Source of the DNA: Tubiluchus corallicola
Lineage: Eukaryota; Animalia; Priapulida
Direction: 5' to 3'
NCBI GenBank assembly: GCA_030141605.1
Contig: JAQGDQ010000208.1
Location: 310,001-374,000 of the forward strand
Length of the DNA stretch: 64,000 nt
A program made the position numbers and the translations under genes. The notes beneath the pieces are model-generated. The model worked only from the letters and a program-made list of their open reading frames with translations, was not told the origin of the DNA and searched no databases. Positions 26,541 through 39,320 of the stretch are shown one piece after another (within the stretch, counting starts at the first letter, position 1; every line of letters starts with the position of its first letter).

Positions 26541-26631
26541 TTATGAAAGCGGGTTGGCTCATGAAATCACACCCAAGTCTGTATCCATACGAGCGCGCAC
26601 TGCACAGTGTTTCTTCTTGAATTGCCACCAT
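26541..26631 (-). CDS. Candidate alternative first coding exon B of ETS1/2 (MVAIQEETLCSARSYGYRLGCDFMSQPAFI)
   Basis: atcATGG (A at -3, G at +4), 30 codons + 1 nt, then gtaagt. A TCAGTT initiator-like motif lies at 26645-26650. Confidence 0.55.
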
Positions 26632-29600
26632 GATAATCAGAAGCAACTGAGATCATACCTGCGTCTTATTCAATATGCTTGCTTCTGACACCTGTTCTAG
26701 GGACGGGGGTGTTTTACTCATCGCTCGGGTTCAATTAATTTGAGAAAGCTAGCCTGCGCTTTTTCTCTCTTGTCATGTGATCAAATCCCATTGTTTGTTG
26801 GATAGCTGGGAAAAGATTAGCGTGGGACAGTGTGCTACAGCTAGCTGAAGTCCCCTCAACATTCCCACACAGAACCACAGCTATAACAGGTGCATCTTAT
26901 TGTTTGGTTATAATGGGCCCAGGTTATAATCAATGCCCACGGCAAAACAACACGGACTGTTATGAATCCCGTTACTGCATTAACCTATGCGCCAATCAGC
27001 GCTCGAGGAGCGCGTCCCGTCATCCAATAAACGGGACACTAACAAAATGCAAGTAATTGTAACAATATTGGAGCATCTTATTGTTATGCTGGGGACGCTT
27101 GTCATTACCATAGGAGCGGATTTATCAGAGAGTCCAGGCAGTTCATGGGAAAGTAAAAAGCACGCCGATTTAGGGCGTCTAACGGTGATTATTTGCAGAA
27201 TATTGTAACTGTCCAAAGCCAGTTAATAACGGCATAAATCTAAATGCAGCTACAGCTTTGGAATGATTAAAATATTATTAAACTTAAGGCAACAAGAATA
27301 AAATTAATGACAAGAATGCAGAAGAGGGCGCTTTTATTGTTCACCATGGTACGAATGGTATGATTTTATTCATAAAATTTATTTATACGCAAGTAACTTA
27401 GATATAGTACACTTATTGGACATATTTTCGTATGGATTTAATAAACAATAATATAATCACGCGGTATACAGTTTTTTGATGCGATAGGAGATATATATAC
27501 CGTGAGAAAGTGCTTTGCGAATGAATGAAAATATAATGAACTGGGTACTGCTAAGCTTGAAGTAATTAAATTGAAGGCCCACGTTGTGAGACCCTTCATA
27601 AAACACACAAGACTGAAATGAATGAATTAATACAATAATGAATTAATGATTAAATGAAATATTCTAATCGCAAGATACCACTATTTATTTTCTAAATAAA
27701 TTTCTGATTTAAACTGAAATTGTATAGAACGTAAAAATATATTTAGATCAAATTTAAATTAAAAATAGTTTTACTGTTTCTCTGTTTTATCCAGTAAATA
27801 AAGTTCAAGAAATTAATTTGTAAGGTCCACTGCAGGACAAAAATGCCCCTATAGAGAAATTTACTGTAATAAGGTGTGTCTACTATTCTTCATCTTAAGA
27901 TAGTGTATATATGTCGTTTACATTTTCAACTTGTAAAATGTCACTGCAAGTAGTTCCCAGGTGCTCGCACATTAGCATACACTAATAAAAATTAAACAGT
28001 AATCATCTAATAAATACTTGACCACTCAACTATGCTACAATCACCATTTCTGAAAATTGCCAATTTTCAGTGACTTCATGTTTGAAAAGGAAGAGGACGA
28101 TTTGTTTAAATGTGCGCGAATAAAATCGCTAATCAATCAATATAAAATCAGAATAAACTTCTATTGTTCCCTGGCTATTATACAATATTATCTAACAGCA
28201 CTTTTACAGCCTGGTCGTGAGTTAATTCCCTGGCTTGAAACTTTCTCACACTCGGTTATAGCGTCACTATTGCTACTGGGTAGATAGCTACCCTATTTGC
28301 GCTGATAACGGTATAATGATGAGGCGGAGAGACAACCCCTTGTTTCCGGCCCCGAGGACTTGATCATTAAAACGACACTGAAAACAGGCTGTCGATAAAG
28401 TTTCGACTGACTTTAGCTCTTATAAAAGCGCTAGACTCAGCATCACGTTTGGCTCAGCATTACTCTCTGACTCTTTGTGTACTGCATGGTTCAGATTCAT
28501 AATTATAACTTACTTACAGGGGTTTATATATTCAAAATTATAATATAACTAGTCACACTAAATTAAGCAGAGTAAGTTAAAAACAGATACATAAGATGGA
28601 GATGTACGCGACATTTTTAATAAAAAATAAGTTACTACAATGCCAAAAATCGAATTTACATCTGAAAATTATTTGCACATGCACAATAAAAATTCTTTGT
28701 ACATTTTTGCTTATGCAGTACATGAAGGCATTAACTTTGCAGACACTTTTCTTTATTTATAGGCCAAATGCAAATAAATTTCCAAAAAACAACAACAACG
28801 ACAACAAAAACAAAAACTGCAATTGCAAACGTATTTCTATGAATAATAAAATAAAACGTTAAATTTTTTAAAATACGTCAAGAAGGAACAAAGTGTTGAA
28901 AGCCTTTTAGTGTGCTAACGCAATTATGCGGCGATATTAGCAATATGTTAATTAATGATATCTTTAATTTACTATATTTAATATTGCTGCTATTCTTTCC
29001 AAAGATTACTTCTGATAAATTTACTCTACATTTTATACTTCCTACAAATGCAACATAGTAAGTGGCTCATTGTTTAATCTCATATAAGTTAACCCACCAC
29101 AAAAATTCAAATTATGAAAAAAAACCACCACTTCCATCTTCCATAAACTGTGATTTTTCTATATTCACCATTACAAAGAAACTTTTTTTGTGTTTCTTAT
29201 TTTAGTGACTCTATATGTTTTATAATGTTTTTGTGTCATGTTTTCTGAAGGCTAAAAATAATTTTGTTAACCAGCATAACAATTGAAACTGTTCAGAACA
29301 CTAGAAGGCAGTTAGTAATTTTTTATCTTCGTAAAATAATAACCGAAAAGTACTGCAGATGTAATTTAGCTATGAACTAATGTTTTCACTGAAGTATATG
29401 CATGCAGGTAATTTAACTGGAATATTTACGCTGGGCTACACGAGACGCTATTTGGACAAACTAACAACTGTAATTATGTAACCACTTCACTACCATTAAA
29501 ATTAAAAACAGCTCGCATCGATTGCACGCACCGTGCTTAGCAATTTCAGCGTTTTATTCGAAAGCTTGTTTTTCCCATTTTCATATCAAACTTATAAAAA

Positions 29601-29896
29601 TATAAAAATCAAATAAAGAAACAAAACGTGACACAAAAGGATAACTGCAAAATGTTATTGTGCAAATATGATACGGAATTATTGAAGTCATCTTTACGTA
29701 ATACAATAATGTCGGCGGAGTGTTGTTTTTTATTATACATTGGTTATATTGTAAATAAACAGCAATAAGACTGGGCCACGGCCGAAAAAACTGTTCTTTT
29801 CACCTGAAAGACCGCCATAACAAATCAAATAAACTTTTTAGGATCCCTGTAGCAGTTATTTGCACACTGCACAACGGTAGCAGTAGATAATTATTT

Positions 29897-30008
29897 CCTT
29901 CAGATTAAAATATAATCTATAGGCTGTACATATATACACACACGCACGCACACACATATATGCACATACATATATACATACATGCACTATATATATATAC
30001 ATATATGG

Positions 30009-30071
<63 letters not shown>

Positions 30072-30120
30072 CGTGCGTGTGTGTGTGTGTGCAGCCTATA
30101 GATTATATTATACCTGAAGG
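29897..30120. mobile_element. Fold-back element/MITE enclosing CA and GT microsatellites
   Basis: Perfect 18-bp inverted repeat (29909-29926 vs 30092-30109) with outer ccttcag/ctgaagg. Inside, (CA)/(CGCA) faces (GT)/(GCGT). Confidence 0.75.
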
Positions 30121-33100
30121 TTACCAATGTGCATTGTGCAAAGAACTGCTATAGACATTCTAAAGTTTATTCAATTTGCGATAGCAATATTGATATATCG
30201 CAATATTTACCAATTTACAATATATAATAAAAACAACACTCCACAGCCATTATCGTATTATATGCATATTATACGTGCAAAAGCTACAATAGTAATAAAG
30301 AGAATGATGGGCCTGCTCTTATATTATGTTTGCAAGACATCTATTATTTTTCTAGAATATAAAGAAATCTTTAATACATCATTACAAACACAAACAAATC
30401 CAAGGCGCCACTGCAAGTTTGAAAATTTTCGGCTACAGTAATTTACTTAATTCCATGCACTGCGAAGATAAAAATCTCTACGCGACTAAGTGGAGGGGCT
30501 AAGATTTGTAAAATCAACAATTTCCGGCTGATGGACGAGGTCCACTCGAAGCACCGTCCACTGTCCAGCAAGTTTATTTGTAAAATCTTCACGCGTGCTC
30601 GCGGCCACGTTAGTACGATGAACTGAGCACAGGAAGAGCTACTCTATAAACCTGTGTTTAACTCCTACGCTTCTGCTAATCATGGTATACATCTGGGAAT
30701 CTCTTAACCATCATTAATGGTGTATTAACCAAATCGTAATTCTTTCGCCGCGGTGCCGTGAGGCTAAATTTGGACGCGCTGTGCGTGTATGCGTGCAATT
30801 TAAGCACACGTGCTGGAAACGTGCTGGTCAGGTTGTACTGATTACTTAAAATTTAGTAAAACAGGCGATAAGCCATTTGACGCTCTGGCTAATGCTACTA
30901 TAAACATCAACTTTTTTGCAACATACAGAAACTTAGAAAAATATTTTCTCTTAATTTGAAGACAACTATCAGTGATTTGTCTTAGCTTTCTGATACATTG
31001 ATGTCGGGTATACTTGAACTGTTGAATCCATTCGCAATCTTTGCTAATCAATGTTCAGAGTCTCATCAGTAATTGACTTATAACTTATAACTGTTAATTC
31101 AATTAGCAAATTTAACGAGTGAATTGACTAAATTAAGTGCACGTGTATAAGTTTAAGTAATGTTTTTCAGTTTAGGTTTTAATTTAAAAATTTAATTATC
31201 TTAACACAAATGTAACCATGATATATATGTGAAACCTCACAATTACGCTTGTATCATGATCAACACATAAGTCTAACGCAGGTTTGAACCCGGATTTCTG
31301 ATCCCAATTATACATCCCACATTGTGTGGTTGATATACACGGGTTAACACTTTACAGGTTGCTCGAGTGCGGTGCAGTCACAGTGCCCTATTAGTTGATG
31401 AATATGGTTAAGCTGTTTACACACAATCTTCCTGTTATTACAGATTGCGCGGCAGGGTTGGACACTTATAATTATACATATCAAAATCGCTTTAATTTCG
31501 CCAACTATTTACATTCTTCGCGTGTGAGGTTCACGTGGAAAGATTTTTAATATTTTGGTTTATTGGGTTGCGTCGCAAAGCTGCAACACAGTAACATTAA
31601 TAGAACTAAATCAATTAATAAGCGAAACGTCTTATATTTGGCTATCTACTAATTAGTAATTATGATAATTAATCAACTCAGACAAACAAAAAGAATTATA
31701 ATTTGTGTAGGACTGTAGTGTACGGCTTACACGCCACAAACGGTTTGTGCACAAATTATGGTTGTGTGCTTAACGTTCATGTACAGGGTGTCAGGAGATG
31801 AAGGCCCCTACATTTTAAAGTTAACACAAGTAGATATAAAAGCATTTTTAACATTTTAGTCATTATAATATTTCTTATTTAATTTGCTTTTTAATATTAT
31901 TTTCACTTTTTAATGTAAGAAATAAAAAATCAATCATTTTTAGAAAAATGATTAATGACGCCATTTCCATTGAGAAAGCAACACGAATCGTACCCCTATC
32001 TATTTGTGGCCCTTATATAGTTTTGCGAAAATCGACAGTTGTAGATGTGAAGATAAGTATTCTTTACTCAAAATTAAATGCTATTTCTCACGATTTTGTC
32101 GGTTTTTTATGTATTCTTTTCCGATTCTTCTGTATAGGGGAGGCAATCATTTATTAATACTCCTTATGTATAAAGTTCATGAACTTTGTTAGCACTTTTT
32201 ACTTAACGAAATAAGTGTACGATGTCCGTATCAGCTTACAATTGGCAATGATTATTTTTATGACAATCTTTTGGAAACAAATCAAAATGCATTAGTTGCC
32301 ATATTGCTAACTCTGTCGAAAAGAATTTAAAATTAAGGAAATTGATTTACTCATAAACCAATGCATGCAAAAAATTCATGAACAATAACATTATAAAACA
32401 CGTAATACGTGTACATACATGCAAAATTACGGCGTAAAATGGCCGAAAAATAAACCTGAAATGTATGTGCAATGAATACCAGCAGAGACTCTATATTACG
32501 AGGTCAAAAGCATGCATGTGACGATCAAAACAGTTAATGAATCAAGAAACGGAACTTCACTATAGTGATCATGCATGCAAAAAGAGTACTTGCATATTAT
32601 GAATGAATGATGGAACAACGCCACAAAAAACTACTCTTACTTTATTTTACAAAAAAATAACTGATGCTTATGCAGCAATACATATTATATGTAAGCCCGT
32701 CTTTATACTTACATAAAGAAATGAAAGGTCTATTATCGGTTATGACCCTTTAAACAATACCTTTTCTACAAACTTAACATTCTAAAAACAAAATTGACTG
32801 AATGTCTAAACAATCTAGGCGTTTAATTTTCCATTTTCCAGAAAAGAAACAAAAAAGTTACGCAAAAATGGATTTGATTTCAATTTAATAGAATGCAGTG
32901 GATAAAGCAACATCTAAAGTTGGGAAAATAAAATTTAGGACAACATAAATAACAATGGCTATAACTCACAAGACAAGGGCGTGATAGATATAGCCACAAT
33001 GAGAAAAAGTCGTACATCATACATGGTCACACGAATAGAATAAAACACTATAGAAAGAGAAACAAAAGAAACATGTAGACGCTAGACTCAAACATGTGAC

Positions 33101-36100
33101 AGGTTAAATATTTCAAGAAAAAGTAATAACAATTGTTACTGAAATGCACTTTATACGATTGTACAGAAAGCCCGAAACAAAATGCAGATCCTAACTACAT
33201 GAAATTATCTCCTCTGTGCATTCCAAAGCAGATTTAGAAAAGAAAGCTGCCGTCGAAAGCGTGCCAGCCACTTGCGCCCGATGCAAGACGGTCGTTAAAA
33301 ATCCAAATCTCTGAAACGCCATTATGCTCTGGACACGCGTCATGAATCAAGAGAGTTGTGATTATCTTCAATTTTATTCGGCTACCAGCATAAAGAAACT
33401 ACTGTCTTGGGGTAGAAAACAGCGTAATTTGGCTAAGCGTTCTGAACACTGACAGCAGTGAAATCACGGGTGCTGGAAGGGTAATCGCTACACTGAGTAT
33501 TAACAATACTTATTTCTGCTTTCAATGTAGAATTGCCCGCCTAATGGAGTGATTTGCTGCGAGTTTAAAATTATACAAATTAATAACTTTTGCTAAAATA
33601 TAATGGATAATGCTAGACAGATGGATGCCGATTACATTTTAAAGAAAAATTCCGGCAGGTGGCCGTACTTGTGTAATTATGATACTCTTGAAAGTGTATA
33701 TTTATCAATGAGGAATGACAGACCTATGAATTTTTTGCATAAAACACGGTTAACAATAATTTTTTAACTTTTCTGTCGTGAAATCTGCACATGTGCCTCT
33801 GATGTCACTTGCAGGATTTTTTTTTAAAAATCACTCGTTAGGCATGTCAGAAAATAGAAATCTGCTACGTATTGCATAAAACGAAAGTTAAAAAGCCTAT
33901 TTTTTATCAACGTAATAAGATTTTGCGCATTCTTGCTGATTTTCCTAAAAATAAATTCCAAGTCAAGCGTATTGCTGCTTTAATTATGACTATTATTCAT
34001 TAAAAAGAGCATACACAACAGGCCCCATATTGAAAGCTTCATCAACCTGTCTGCCATTGCCTCTTAAAAAGATGAATGACGTTTATAAAGCAGCAACCCC
34101 AGTAGCCCGGTTCTATGCGCCGCTGAATATGCATAGAAGTTTTTACATTGTAATAAAGATATGACCATAGACAAGATTTCGGCAAACAGATAATATTGTC
34201 TCCTATTATAAATGCGTGCCGACATTGCCATAGAAGGCATATACGACACACTATCATAATGTCTTTATTTAGTTTATGTGAAAGAAACATGAAAGAAGTA
34301 TTTTTTTAATTTACGCAGCTTGTTTAACACACATACGAATTACTACTCATCTTTACTCAGTAAAAAAGTTATAAGCATTAATGCATCCAAGTAACGTAAC
34401 AGATACGAAAATATATATTGATGTCATATGACCAATCACAAGGTTCTTAGGACGTTAATATATATAAAATAAATCACGATAGTTAGCCATTTAATTTTAA
34501 ATTTCAGAAAAATGTTATATTTGCATTTCATTGCCACTGATCTATAACTATTAACACATAACGAATAGTTTTTGATATTAACCCTATATAAAACTTGCCA
34601 TTTTTAATGACAAACGTTAATTAATTACGAAAAATTATTTATGTGTTAACATACAACAAACAGTTCAAATTTCACAACACTATAATTATCAGTGACGTGA
34701 ACTCGCGATTTCACAAACTTGATGACATTATTTGCGAGGTATATGTAATTTTCAACTACGAATGACCAAATTGGTATAATACTATTTAACGAGGGTTAAA
34801 CGTTTAAAATTATAATCAATGAAAAACGTTTATCGGTTATTAAATTTCATCAATGGTCGTCACGTGTCGCTGCTGTCGCGCTCTATCTGGGACATGTAAG
34901 CTTTAGTTGAACAACCTCTCATTAAAAGATATGCATGCAGAGATTTTGCTTGGGCAAAAACCTATAATATAATACCGGGCAAAAGGAGAGTGCCATCATA
35001 CAATGTAGCTAATTTCAGATATCAATGGTTTTGTATAAAACACAGGAAATAGTCCAAGCCAGTGCACAGAAAAATCACCCTCATCAGTGGTCAACCGAGT
35101 ATAGAGAGAAGAACAATAATAACCAGGCAGACATAATTTTGTCAAACACACGTGATAGTAGCGCATGGTTAGTGAAGTTGTTCATTGGGGTTTTTCTTCA
35201 TTTCTTTCCTGGTTCGTTGAGTTGCTGTAGAACATACAAAATGGAAATATCCGCATGAAATCACTGTAGTTTAAATGCCGTCATTGAGATGTTTAAACTG
35301 CTCACACGAATGCTAAATTGAAAAGATAATTTAGAGAATTGTGATTATCCAGAAATTTTAAATTCGCAACAATGTGTCTCGTTTTACTGAAGGGATCAGT
35401 GGTTTTAATGTATTTAAAAAATCGCGAAATAAAGTGGCACATGTATCTGCCAGTAGCACTAACAGTTGATAAAAAAACTCAGATTAGTAGGAAAACAACG
35501 TTTTGGTGATTTTTAATAATTCGTGTCAGTTGCCAAAAAACTGCCTTAACGTCAGAGACCCGTGGTCCTTCAATGCATCACACAAGTTTAAAACAATTAA
35601 CATCAAGCTATTTATGAAGAAAACTAATAATGTATCTCTTTATTTTCACTAAGCCCGCACGTATTTTCCTTGCCATTTTTTTGTTTATTTTTTTATAAAA
35701 TCAAAATTTTTTAATAACCTCGTTTTACTTTTTCAATAAACGACCAATCACTAAAGTGGCTTCATAATATGTTTAGCCTGAGAGTTAAATTTTCCAGATT
35801 CAAGTAATACTGCAAATATGAAACGTGAAATTACATTAATAAAATTTTAGGCAGCTTTTGAGCTGCAGGATGGGTTTACTGATTTTATTACTTAATGTGC
35901 CATGGCTCCCTATATGCAATACATCCAACAGGCAAAAGCGAAAAGTATCCTATCAAACTTCGCAGCTAGAATGTAAATAAATTATTTTCCTAATTTTTGT
36001 TCTATAGATAAAAAAATGACATTCTTTCAATCCAGAACTTAAAATTGAAAAAGACAAAGTGCCGCCTGGATCAGAGTCTTAGGTTGGAAATCTTGAAATT

Positions 36101-39100
36101 GTCATTGCTAGTTTAATAATAAGCGACACGTTAACGATATTAAAAGCGCTAAAATTAGTTGACAGAAGGTGGAAGTTCCAGTTAAGCATTTTCTTAGATA
36201 TAATAAATTACATAAAGTAATAATGGTCTGACAAAAGGCCAAGGTAAATAGGCTATGCCTTATTCCTGGCTTTTATTAAAGCAAACTACTTTAAAAATAT
36301 TTAAAAAAAGTACTTAAGGCGAATATTTTATTCTTTAATTTAAAACTGATAGGACTATAAGGAACACTTTTTTGTAATCGATTTCATTACAGGAAAATGT
36401 TGGAAAGCGTTTGGTTTTCCAGTAGCATACAAAATAATTTTTTAATGATTTCAGGAAAGCAACCCGCCGCCATAACGGACGTGGCACCATTTTTGGACGA
36501 CCATAAAAACTTTCATAAGTAACACACTTGACACAGCGTTGACAGATTAAATATGGCCGATTTCGTAATTAACCAAGGGTAATACATTTAAGATTTCCTG
36601 TGTTATTATTCACGGACAGGAGAGGATGAATACGGTACGCACGAGGACAGCGAGGTGACAATGCGCCAGAACGCCAGAGAACCACCCGAGCCGAACCACG
36701 ACAAGACCGGGGGTGTCGCACGTACGACCGAACTTCCTCCCAAGAACCGACAAGTGAAAGGAGGAGAACAATGAGGGGGAAATCATCATTTACATAGGCG
36801 ATGAGCAGCGAATGTTGATGATACCATGTATACAACTCGTTAATAGCCACTTTTATGGCCCACTGTGCATACTTGCTTTTATTCTTTGCAACGACTTTTT
36901 CAGTCACTCGGAGTAGAGGATTGAAATCTGGAGAAATGTTAGTTTGGCGTGGTATGGTCGTCTACACCTGCAGGCAAGAACCATAAATGATAATTGTGGT
37001 TATAATAAGGCATCGTACGTATTTGATAATGAGTTTACAAACACAAAATATAAGCCAGATTTCCACACAGTTACATGATTTTACAAACTTGGACACAGAC
37101 CGTTACTGTCATTAACAATGCTGAGTTGTCATTAGAGCCGAGGTCTTCCATAGCAGAGTCCTCTAGTGGTTAGCTTTACTTCACACGTGACTGTTTTTTC
37201 ATCGCCAATTTTGACTAATACTACTGAGCAGTTATCCTACTTCAAACTAATTAATATATTACTATTTCTAATCGACTCTTCTATTTGGAGAGATTAATGA
37301 CATAACTTCCTGCGTAAGTTTTTTTTACTGTGTCTATGCGCTGCATAAGTCCTACGCATCATAACCATTTTAGAAGAAAAATTTGTTTTGAGACTGATAA
37401 ACAGGAAATTAAGTGGTGACAAATATTGACAAGCTATCAAGTGTTGAAGCATGCAGGCAAACACGACAGTGAATGACTCAGACGTCATCCCAGTTTTATT
37501 TAATTATAAGCTACTGGAGCATAAGGTCATTCTAAGGTAATATGGCAGACTGCAAGGATGTTCTTTAGTAAAAAAAATAAAACTTAAGATTTTAAACTTT
37601 CATTTTTCTCCAGTAGATAAAACTACACCAGAGTGTTTTTCACTCAAGAAAAGGATCCTTTCTTTCCTTCTTACACAGTAAACATGAAATATATTTAGAC
37701 TCAGTTATCACAGGTTGTGTTGCGCATTTTAAAATTACAGTAAACTGAGAAAGACAGTAAAGTGAAAATTACTTTTCACAGAATTAATAAAAAAGATTCA
37801 CATGGCAGTGAAAGCTGGCACTTGCTATTTTTTGTGTAGGTCAACACAATCTGCCAATATGGACGAGTGGCCTCGTGCACTGAGTACGTCTCGTGACAGC
37901 ACGTGTTAGTTGTTAGTGGAGGTGACGGTTTAGTCCATCAGGAAAAAAAGTGAAGTGAAATTCGGTTTTAACAAGTTGTATTACTTATTAAATCAACTTG
38001 ACAAATAGCGAAATATTCAATGTTATCTGGGTTTCACCATAAAGATGGAAATCCCGCCGGAAATATTGAACTTAATTAAATATTTACCTGCTGTCTCATT
38101 GTAAATAACTTTCTTTTACTGTTCTCCTGCGGTCAAGTAGTGCGCCAAGTATTGACAAAACTGTTACAAACCGAACTTTGCTTGAGCTATGGTTTGCAAT
38201 GTTTACTTAACTGCTCGTTGAAAATGCGTGCAGCCATGTATCTATGGTTATAAAATTGCTTTATTGCTGCTTAACCAGCAGTATGACGTTGAATCAAACA
38301 GAGAAAGCCGAACGACATAACTTAAAAATTGAGCTGCAATATGTGTCATCAATACCACCACCGCCACTGCTACCACCACCATCGTGACCGTCGTCATCAT
38401 CACCATCATCTAAATTGCAATGTATATCTTTTTTATAAATTCTGTGAAAACTAATTTTCAGTTTACTATCTCTCTCGGTTTACTGTACTTTTAAAATGAG
38501 GATTTGTGAGGTTTAAATTGTCTAACTTTTAGTTAATGCGTAAAAGTAGTAAATTTTTGTACCTAACCTATTTACGCAAGTTTTATAGTTTACATTTTAA
38601 AGTGCAGGTTTCATTTGGCAATAAGTATGCTCTGCGTCACAAAAGACAAATCACTCTTTTCGTTTTTAAGTAATTATTTAGTAACAGCATAATTATATAA
38701 TGATACAATTATGCTGTTGTTTTACATTAAAACATACATTAAAACATGTTTTACATACATGTGAAACTGTGTTTTTAGCTACCAGTAGCTTGCTTAACAT
38801 GTAATAACAATGGTGATTAAAAAGTATAGGACAGGCCATACCATAATATCACGAATCAAAATATAGCTTTCAAACGAGCTGCTGAATAACATTGCCATGA
38901 AATACTCCTTATTGATGCAAATTGCGACACAGGTAATAATTTAGAGTCAAATCTATATTGATCATATTTTATATTAGATAAACCCAATAGACATCTTCTG
39001 CATTGCTAAAAAATGGCACGAAAACGTAGAGCAAAACTGTCATCAAATCAATTTTTAGACCCCGATGAGATATTAAATTCGATTATAGCTGCAAAGCACG

Positions 39101-39269
39101 CAATGGGCGAAGATTTATGAAAACGTCCAATCCAAACACATTATAATCCAAGGACGATGGCTCTAATAACATAGTCCAAACACAAAACATTCATTGATGC
39201 AAAGCAGAAAGTTGCAGTCGAACAGGTTCAGATTCTGACAAAATTACAGCCATTTACTCATGCACTTAC

Positions 39270-39320
39270 CAGGCGGCAGGCGCCACAACAGATTAATTTC
39301 TGCGAGATTTTTTTCCAAAA
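39270..39320 (-). CDS. Candidate 51-nt cassette exon of ETS1/2 (LEKNLAEINLLWRLPP)
   Basis: Pyrimidine-rich tract then ggacag|TT...CCT G|gtaagt; phase 1-1 and stop-free. Confidence 0.35.

Noticed and set aside
31782-32220. Tc1/mariner element starting tacagggtgtc
   Set aside because: No matching right TIR could be identified.
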